Shown piece after piece: positions 15,188-21,383 of a stretch of 21,383 nucleotides of DNA. The notes under the pieces were generated by a model. It was not told where the DNA came from. It searched no databases and was given only the letters and a program-made list of their open reading frames with translations. This stretch comes from Candidatus Krumholzibacteriia bacterium (GTDB lineage: Bacteria > Krumholzibacteriota > Krumholzibacteriia > WVZY01), in contig JBHHVD010000056.1 of NCBI GenBank assembly GCA_046754105.1, positions 1 through 21,383 on the forward strand, given 5' to 3'. Made by a program: the position numbers and the translations under genes. The first letter of the stretch is position 1. Each line of letters starts with the position of its first letter.

Positions 15188-17857
15188 CTACTTGAGAACC
15201 GTAAGCTTGATGTTACGGTTGCCGGTTTCCGTCTCGATACGCATGAAGTAGACGCCGCTTACCACCCGCCGGCCGCTCGCCGCGTTGGCGTTCCATTCCA
15301 CAACATGCAGGCCGGCGGCCAGCGGCGCGTTGACGAGCCGGGCTACCAGGCGCCCCTGCACGTCGTAGACGGTCACGCGTACGATCTGCCGGCGCCCGAG
15401 CTCCAGGGTGAGGCGCGTGGTGGGGTTGAACGGGTTCGGGGAGACACTCGCCCGGACGCCCTGCGGCTCGGGGGCTGCCGGCGCCGCACCGCCGCCGGCG
15501 ACCGGCGACCTCAAGAAACCGTTTACCCGTGTAAAAGCGAGCGACTGACCGCGGTAACGGACATCCGCGAGGCCGGGGCCGTACAACACGAACTCCGCTT
15601 CTTCGCGGTCGACGTCGATAGTCGCACCGTCCGAAGCGCAGCTAGCCCTGCCGTCCAGTATTCGTATCCAATCCGTCCTGTCTATCGAGAGACGGCGGAC
15701 ATTCGACGCGATATAGCGGTGCGTGCCGCTTCCGTCGAAACGGATCAACACGGACACGGCGTCTGTCCTTACCAAGGGTCCGCCGGTCCCCGAAGTCGAC
15801 ACCGGCTCCTCCCGCCGGTCTCGATGCGAACGGCGTGACCGCAGCGCGGTCAGGTCCAGTGTTACCAGCCGTCCCAGCGGGTTATGCACGAAACAATCGG
15901 TAATCCCGCCTTCCCAATCGATCACCGTACCCGATCCCCACGTGTAACCAGCCCGGGACACCTCTGCCGAGGCCGTTCCGCCGTCACCGGGAATCAGAAT
16001 GAACGCGAAGCGGGGGTTCACCGCGACCCGGGTGAAGCTCAGCACGTTGGCGTTCGGATCCGTGGTCTGGTTGTCGAAAGGCGCTATGCCCAGGCCCAGC
16101 GGATCGAGCCCGGAGCCGGCGGGGTAGACGTCCAGGTAGCTCGATCCTCTCGATATCCGTACGGGCACCGAAGTCGTATCGATCGAGTTCTGATCCGACG
16201 TGTGCAGGCGCCACTCGTAGTTGTGCGGCAGGCCGTCCTTGTCGATGTCGTCGGTGATGATGAAGTAGGGAGGCGCGTCGTTTCCGTGCACGGCGAGCAC
16301 GTTGCGCACGGCGTGGTCGACCGGGTTGGCGCCGTTGTATCCCCACGACCAATCGATGCCCGGAACCGGCTGGTTGGGATCGTTGAAGGAGCTGTGTGTC
16401 GTGTAGGCATCGCTCGCGTCGCCCTGCACGTAGTCGGCGAACCCGTTCATGAGGAATTCGCTGATGCGACCGTCGGTGCCGATCGAAGAGCCGGCGTTGT
16501 GCTGCCCCGCACCGTCGATCAGGACGATGCTGTGCGCCTCGCTCTGTTTGGCGGTCGAACCCGGGCCGTGGTCGATCGCGAATTGTGCGCCGTACCCGTG
16601 CAGGGTGAACTGATTCTGGTCCTCCTGCGCGTGTCCGCCGTGAAACTTGCCGGAATAAAACGTGAACACGATATCCTGCGAGCTCGCGCCGGACTGCCAC
16701 CCCGAACGGTAGTTGTACAGGCCGCGGTCCTTCCACAACTTCGACTTCGGCAGCACCGTTCCCGGTTGCTGGGGTGTCAGGTCTCGATGCCAGAGCGCAG
16801 TCGCAACCTTGTCTGCCGATTGGCCCATGTCGACACCGTAGACGCCCGACGTGTGCTCCCAAATCCAGGCCGAAAGACCGCTGTTCCACTCGCTCCCGGC
16901 CCAGTCGAAATACGTGTTATTCATGCTCAGGGGAAAGTTGCCGTACGAGGTGTCGTTGATATTGTTGATTCGCGCGATGCCTTCCGGGAGGACCTCGTAG
17001 GCCAGCCACCGCTCCAGCGCGCGGATTTTCGGATGGTCGGCGTAGCGGAAACCGTCGTAGACCTCCCGCGCGTGGAAATAGTAGACCAAATGCCTCATCG
17101 TCCACGCCGCGTACAGCGATCCCTCGTTGTACGAGCCGTCATCGTCGAACTGGTGAGTGAGGAGGCTGTCGATGATGGCGTCGGCCCTCGCCAGTGACTC
17201 GCCCACCAGGACCGGGTCCACCTCATCCCGCAGGCAAATCGCCGCCAGACCCAGCGCCCCGGCGATCATGGCGCTGTGGTTGGCGAGGTAGGGCCGGTAC
17301 ATGAAAATCTCGTAGGGAAGCGTGCTCACCATCGTCTGCATGTAGGACACCATTTCGTCCCGAATCTGTTCGCGCAGCGCGTCGTCGGTGTCCTTCATGA
17401 ACATGTCGTAACCGATCGCAAGCGCCCGCAGACGGAACGCCGAGTTGGCCTCGTTGAAGTCGACGTCGTAGGCGTCCTTGATATAAAAGGTCAGGTCGCG
17501 GCCCATGTCGCGGGCCTTCTTGTCTTCCTTCTTGGGCACGTACATGGCGATCCCGATCATGGGCATCGTCGTCGAGCCGAAGTCGTTCCATGCAAGAGCG
17601 CTCAGGCTCCACAGCGGGTATACGTCGTCCACCATGAAGCGAATGAAAGCATACGCATCGTCGTCGTCGCCGCCGTCCCGGAGCCTGGCGCGCAGGTCTC
17701 CGCGGTCGGATTTCCGGAGCAGCAGCCCCGGGTGGTTGGCCTTGTAGAGGGAATCGCTGACGACGACAGCGTGGACGTCCACGGCGGCGGATGCCGCGTA
17801 CAGAAACGGGCCCGCGAAAAGGATCGCGCGGGCGAGCATGAAAGGCCGGCGCAGCAT
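15188..17857 (-). CDS. Secreted heparinase II/III-like polysaccharide lyase-family protein with a C-terminal FlgD-Ig/T9SS-like domain
   Basis: Signal-peptide-like N-terminus; alpha-helical region with HPGLLL, NHSAM and DGSYNEGSLY; Hepar_II_III-like RSGW...GGHAQEDQNQF...SEAHSIVLIDG; C-terminal PNPFNP...VYDVQGRLV...SGVYF...KLTVLK. Start may be 17884 (GTG), 17857 or 17839. Confidence 0.8.
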   Translation of the reverse strand: MLRRPFMLARAILFAGPFLYAASAAVDVHAVVVSDSLYKANHPGLLLRKSDRGDLRARLRDGGDDDDAYAFIRFMVDDVYPLWSLSALAWNDFGSTTMPMIGIAMYVPKKEDKKARDMGRDLTFYIKDAYDVDFNEANSAFRLRALAIGYDMFMKDTDDALREQIRDEMVSYMQTMVSTLPYEIFMYRPYLANHSAMIAGALGLAAICLRDEVDPVLVGESLARADAIIDSLLTHQFDDDGSYNEGSLYAAWTMRHLVYYFHAREVYDGFRYADHPKIRALERWLAYEVLPEGIARINNINDTSYGNFPLSMNNTYFDWAGSEWNSGLSAWIWEHTSGVYGVDMGQSADKVATALWHRDLTPQQPGTVLPKSKLWKDRGLYNYRSGWQSGASSQDIVFTFYSGKFHGGHAQEDQNQFTLHGYGAQFAIDHGPGSTAKQSEAHSIVLIDGAGQHNAGSSIGTDGRISEFLMNGFADYVQGDASDAYTTHSSFNDPNQPVPGIDWSWGYNGANPVDHAVRNVLAVHGNDAPPYFIITDDIDKDGLPHNYEWRLHTSDQNSIDTTSVPVRISRGSSYLDVYPAGSGLDPLGLGIAPFDNQTTDPNANVLSFTRVAVNPRFAFILIPGDGGTASAEVSRAGYTWGSGTVIDWEGGITDCFVHNPLGRLVTLDLTALRSRRSHRDRREEPVSTSGTGGPLVRTDAVSVLIRFDGSGTHRYIASNVRRLSIDRTDWIRILDGRASCASDGATIDVDREEAEFVLYGPGLADVRYRGQSLAFTRVNGFLRSPVAGGGAAPAAPEPQGVRASVSPNPFNPTTRLTLELGRRQIVRVTVYDVQGRLVARLVNAPLAAGLHVVEWNANAASGRRVVSGVYFMRIETETGNRNIKLTVLK

Positions 17858-17863
17858 ACAAAA

Positions 17864-17893
17864 AGGATAGCGCAAAAACCTCACCCGCGGGAA
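17864..17893 (-). promoter_or_regulatory. Putative promoter for a leaderless lyase mRNA
   Basis: On the minus strand TATCCT (17869-17864) lies 6 nt before ATG 17857. Weak -35 TTCCCG (17893-17888, 18-nt spacer); no SD. Confidence 0.4.
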
Positions 17894-17950
17894 GAAATCG
17901 TCCAGACCCCGTTGTTACCGCGTGGAAGAAAAGGGGTTAGTCCACAGGCG

Positions 17951-19174
17951 TCAGGCGAGGGTCCTGAGATCGAAATCCGGGTTGCCGAGCTCGGCGTCTT
18001 TGCCGGTGAGGTCGGTGCGGGTCCGTATCAGGCGTTGCAAGCGGGGAAACTCGCGCGAGTTCGCGTTGACGGCGAAGTAGGCGGTCAGCCGGTCGTCTTT
18101 GAGGTAGAGGACGGTGAACGGCGGCTCGCCCGGCGTGCCGCGAACCACAACCCGGTCGCGCTCGCCCTCGTCCCCGGCGCAGTCGATACGCAGGTCGAAG
18201 ACGTCGGACCACACGTAGCTCAACAGATCGTAGCGGCGGTCGCCCCCCGCCATGTTGAGACCGGCCACCTGGCCGCCGTACTCGGCGTGGCCCCAGTGTT
18301 CCACCCGGCGGCGCTTGCCGGATACTGGATCGGGGAAACTCACAGCGTCGCCGGCCGCGTAGACACCCGGGTGCGATGTCTGCATGTGATCGTCGACGAC
18401 GATGCCACCCTCCACTCGAATGCCCGCCGCCTCCGCCAGCCCGGTCTCGGGGCGGATGCCCACACCCACACAGACGTAGTCGCACGGCACTTCCCGGCCC
18501 GAGGAGGTCACGGCGCCCTCCACGCGCGAGCGGCCGCGGAGGGCGGTAACCGTCTCGCCGGTGACAAAGCGAACCCCCCTTTCCTCGCAGTACCCCTGGA
18601 CAAAACCGGCCATCGACTCGTCCAGAAAACGGGGCCAGACGTGCGGCATCGCTTCGATCACCGTAACTTCCCGGCCGAGTGCCGCAAGCGACGCTGCCGT
18701 TTCCATGCCGATGAAGCCGCCACCGACGACGAGCGCACTCTTGGCCTCGGTGGCAAGACGCGAGATGTGGGCCGCGTCGTCCAGCGACCGCAGGTAGCGC
18801 ACACCGTCGAGATCCGCGCCCGGGACGTCCAGAGGGATCGGCTCGCCGCCGGTGGCGAGCAGTGCCTTCTCGAAGGTAACCGTGCCGCCGCCTGCGAGCC
18901 GCGACGTACGCGTGTCGAGATCCAGCTCTGCGACCGGATCACCGAGCACGGTCTCGATATGGTTCTTGGAAAAGAACGCCGGCGGTTCGTAAAAAAGCTC
19001 GGACGCCTTCTTGTCGCCGCGCAGGAACTCTTTGGACAACGGGGGCCGGTCGTACGGCAGATGCGGTTCGCGACCGACCAGCGTTATGCCGCCCCCCGGG
19101 TCCTTCATGCGGATGAGCCGGGCCGCCTGCATGGACGCCAGGCCGCCGCCGATGAGCAGGTATGTGGCCTTCAT
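17951..19174 (-). CDS. FAD-dependent NAD(P)H oxidoreductase, ferredoxin-reductase (putidaredoxin reductase/AIF-like) family
   Basis: IGGGLA FAD motif, PYDRPPLSKEFL, LLATGG, VVGGGFIGME NAD motif, TSHPGVYAAGD, RRVEHW and WSD. Start ATG 19174 with GGAG upstream; alternative 19189. Confidence 0.9.
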   Translation of the reverse strand: MKATYLLIGGGLASMQAARLIRMKDPGGGITLVGREPHLPYDRPPLSKEFLRGDKKASELFYEPPAFFSKNHIETVLGDPVAELDLDTRTSRLAGGGTVTFEKALLATGGEPIPLDVPGADLDGVRYLRSLDDAAHISRLATEAKSALVVGGGFIGMETAASLAALGREVTVIEAMPHVWPRFLDESMAGFVQGYCEERGVRFVTGETVTALRGRSRVEGAVTSSGREVPCDYVCVGVGIRPETGLAEAAGIRVEGGIVVDDHMQTSHPGVYAAGDAVSFPDPVSGKRRRVEHWGHAEYGGQVAGLNMAGGDRRYDLLSYVWSDVFDLRIDCAGDEGERDRVVVRGTPGEPPFTVLYLKDDRLTAYFAVNANSREFPRLQRLIRTRTDLTGKDAELGNPDFDLRTLA

Positions 19175-19221
19175 GTTCTCCGAGCCCATGTGCGGCCGTC
19201 CGGTGGAATCCCCACACGCGG

Positions 19222-20148
19222 TTACTCTCGCCACGGAATGGGGAGGTTCAAGCGCTCGAGCTTGGCTTCCAGCTCGCTGCGCTCCCGGTTGCGCTTCCAC
19301 CCCTTTTCTCCCCGCTTCAACCAGCCGAACTCCGTGGCCAGCGCCGTCGCGCGCTCCAGGTCGCCGCCGCCCAGGGCCGCGATGATCTCGGCGTCGAGAC
19401 GGGTGAGATTCAGGGTCTGCCGGTGGTAATCGAGAAATGCCTCCCACACCGTCGGGCACCAGCGGCGGACGATCTCGTTACCGATCACCCGCGAGTATGC
19501 GCGGATCTCCTCCTGGGCGTGGTCGTCCATGCGCAGCGACAGGAAGTGGAGCAGGTTGTGAAGGTCGATCTTCCAGTACGCCTCCGTGTACGTGGAGAGC
19601 GGCAGGTCCTTGCGTGCCTGTTCGCGTGCGACGCCGGCGTCCAGGCGTTCCTGGTACACCCGGCGGCTGAAGTCCTGCAGTTCGGCCTCTTGCCGGCTGA
19701 GCTCGGCGCCCCGCTCCTCCGCTACCCATCCCTCGCTGCCCTGTTTGCTGGACGCGGACTGCCGGCGCCACCCGCCCGCGGGAGTCTGTTGGGAGGAATC
19801 GATCGCGATCGAGTAGCGCGTGGAATACTCGTTGACGTTGGCCGTGCGGTGGCGGATCCACTGACGCCAGCAGTCCATGGGGACCCGTACGTGCAGCTTG
19901 ATCTCGCACATCTCAAAAGGCGTCGTGTGACGGTGTCGCAGGAGGTAGCGGATCAGGCCGCGGTCCTCGGAGACCTTCTTCGTCCCCCTGCCGTAGGATA
20001 CGCGCGCCGCCTGCACGATCGACTCGTCCGAACCCATATAATCGACGACGCGGACGAAGCCGTCGTCGAGTACCTTGATGGGCTCGCCCAAGATGTCATC
20101 GAGCGCCGGGGCGCCGGGTCTGTCGAGTTTTTCGGAATCACCGCTCAT
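19222..20148 (-). CDS. thyX: Flavin-dependent thymidylate synthase ThyX
   Basis: AARVSY, RHRHTTPFE, ThyX signature RHRTANVNEYSTRY (RHRx7SxR), REQAR..LP and LRMDDHAQEEIR; GAGGAG upstream; 308 aa. Confidence 0.96.
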   Translation of the reverse strand: MSGDSEKLDRPGAPALDDILGEPIKVLDDGFVRVVDYMGSDESIVQAARVSYGRGTKKVSEDRGLIRYLLRHRHTTPFEMCEIKLHVRVPMDCWRQWIRHRTANVNEYSTRYSIAIDSSQQTPAGGWRRQSASSKQGSEGWVAEERGAELSRQEAELQDFSRRVYQERLDAGVAREQARKDLPLSTYTEAYWKIDLHNLLHFLSLRMDDHAQEEIRAYSRVIGNEIVRRWCPTVWEAFLDYHRQTLNLTRLDAEIIAALGGGDLERATALATEFGWLKRGEKGWKRNRERSELEAKLERLNLPIPWRE

Positions 20149-20186
20149 CGCAACGGGGGCTCCTCTTTTTCCAGAGTGAAAAGCCT

Positions 20187-20216
20187 ATAATAGATTGAAA
20201 AAGCGACGTTTGTCAA
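20187..20216 (-). promoter_or_regulatory. Sigma70-type promoter for thyX
   Basis: Minus strand: perfect TTGACA (20216-20211), 18-nt spacer, TATTAT (20192-20187), in an AT-rich intergenic gap about 40 nt upstream of thyX. Confidence 0.75.
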
Positions 20217-20220
20217 TCGG

Positions 20221-21267
20221 TCACTCGCCACGGCGAAGGGCCAGCAGGCGCCGGTCGTAGCGAGGCGCCATTTCCTTCCAGTCGTAGCGGCACGCGGCGG
20301 CGCGCAAGTGATCCGTCGGCAGGGAACGGAAATTGCGGATCGCCGAATCGAGTTTCTCGACCAGCTCGTCGAACTCGCCGTAAAAGCAATCCGCGTAGCG
20401 CTCGCCGGCCAGCAACTCGGGGTAGGCGAGCCGCCGTGGCAGGATCGGGTGGCACCGGCAGTACATCGCTTCCATGACGCTGCCGCCGAAGAAATCCTGG
20501 TCGGATGTGACGGGCAGGATGTGCGAGCGCCGCAGCCACGCGGCGTACTCGCCGCGGTTCTCCACGTAGCCGGAGTGAACGATACGGTCGCCGAACTCCG
20601 CCGCCGCGTCGCGGAACGGTTTGGGTACGACGTCGAACACCTCTCCCACCAGGGCCAGGTCGAACGCCCGGCCGCGCCCGGCCACGACTCGCAGGGCGGC
20701 GAAGAAATCCCCCGGGTTCTTGTCGTATTCCCAGCGATGATTCCATACGACCAGCGGCCGCGGGTGTTCCGGAGCCGTCTCGGTTTCCGGCACATCGAGC
20801 GAACGCAGGTCGAAGCCGAGGGGAAGCACCTCGCATTTCTCGCGAATAAACGCCACCCGCTCCAGCTCCTGGTGATCGGGAAACTTGCGGAGAAAGACCG
20901 GCAGCGCTTCCAGGAACGAATCCATGTGGAATCTCGAATTGAAGAGCACGCGGTCGCTCGTGAGCGCGGAGACGAAGTTGATAAAACCGTAATGCCGGTC
21001 CCACGCGCGTCGCCGGTCCCGGTCCTTCGGTGACCACGGGTAGGTCAGCTGGTTCTCGTGAAAGTAGACCGCCGCCGGCACGCCGGCCGTGACCTTGCGC
21101 GTCAGCGCCAGAAAGGCGCCGAGGTCGATCATGTCGCTCGCCAGCACGACGTCGGGACGGTAGCCGCCGGCGAGGAATCGCCGGGCGAGGGTTACGGCGC
21201 CGCCGTGCATGCGCCATTTCCAGTGACGTCCGGCGAGCTCCAGGATTTCGACGTCGTGGCGGCGGTG
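20221..21267 (-). pseudogene. DUF3524/GTDC1-like GT-B glycosyltransferase, 5'-truncated (pseudogene or broken by a misjoin)
   Basis: GRHWKWRMHG, YFHENQLTYP, FNSRFH, VWNHRWEYDKNP, QDFFGGSVMEA and RLAYPE motifs. The expected N-terminal strand with EPxxGGSH is not present in frame upstream of HRRHDVE. Confidence 0.75.
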
Positions 21268-21291
21268 CGCACCGTGGTCGGAACGAACTGA
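21250..21291 (+). pseudogene. Possible 3' fragment of a 2-oxoacid/acetoin dehydrogenase E1 beta-subunit gene
   Basis: Reads DVVAAVRTVVGTN*, resembling the C-terminal helix of E1-beta/transketolase-C proteins. It stops 10 nt before a lipoyl-domain gene, matching the usual E1b-E2 order. Confidence 0.45.
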
Positions 21292-21301
21292 TGGAGGCAC
21301 C

Positions 21302-21383
21302 ATGGCCCATGACGTGATCCTCCCCAAATGGGGCCTCACCATGGAAGAGGGCACGATCCTGGAATGGACGAAACAGGTCGGCG
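21302..21383 (+). CDS. Lipoyl/biotinyl-domain protein (dihydrolipoamide acyltransferase E2-like), partial, runs off the window
   Basis: Not in the ORF track. GGAGG RBS at 21293-21297, ATG 21302, translation MAHDVILPKWGLTMEEGTILEWTKQVG, the classic lipoyl-domain N-terminus. Confidence 0.85.
   Translation, partial: MAHDVILPKWGLTMEEGTILEWTKQVG

Noticed and set aside
17276..19429. 717-aa + strand ORF, and other long antisense or alternate-frame ORFs such as 801-1895, 8629-9780, 10210-11472 and 15884-17197
   Set aside because: Shadow ORFs overlapping well-supported genes; expected in high-GC DNA; no recognisable motifs.
19222..19430. C-terminal extension of ThyX
   Set aside because: Similar tails of ThyX proteins around 300 aa are known from several bacterial groups; not distinctive.
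20186..20191. Perfect TATAAT on the + strand
   Set aside because: No matching -35 and no + strand gene downstream; it overlaps the minus-strand thyX -10 element.
21304..21345. Minus-strand frames reading PIWGGSRH and ITSWA, resembling a frameshifted glycosyltransferase N-terminus (EPxxGGSH..WA)
   Set aside because: It needs frameshifts, the spacing to HRRHDVE is wrong, and the + strand of the same bases is a much better lipoyl-domain match with an RBS.

Overview
GC-rich bacterial DNA. Protein features (a FlgD/T9SS-like C-terminal domain and a C-terminal 'TWGxxKALY' motif) suggest an FCB-related candidate lineage such as Krumholzibacteriota, Latescibacterota or Eisenbacteria; this taxonomy is inference only. 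Bases 101-13565 hold a respiratory complex I operon in the order nuoA-B-C-D-E-F-G-H-J-K-L-M-N. nuoI is absent, NuoG is short, NuoH has an insertion of about two transmembrane helices, nuoC and nuoD are in frame across a single TGA, and a Rex-like operator lies upstream. Next come two + strand envelope genes: a Cys-rich secreted protein ending in PVEESTWGGVKALYR and a lipoprotein. On the - strand are a heparinase II/III-like lyase with a FlgD/T9SS-like C-terminal domain, a ferredoxin-reductase-like flavoprotein, thyX, and a DUF3524/GTDC1-like glycosyltransferase. Near 21250-21275 the glycosyltransferase loses its conserved N-terminus and abuts, in opposite orientation, what looks like the last codons of a 2-oxoacid dehydrogenase E1-beta gene followed by the start of a lipoyl-domain (E2-like) gene. 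This is either a rearrangement or a chimeric join. No rRNA, tRNA, CRISPR array or mobile element was recognised. All calls come from reading the sequence; no searches were run.
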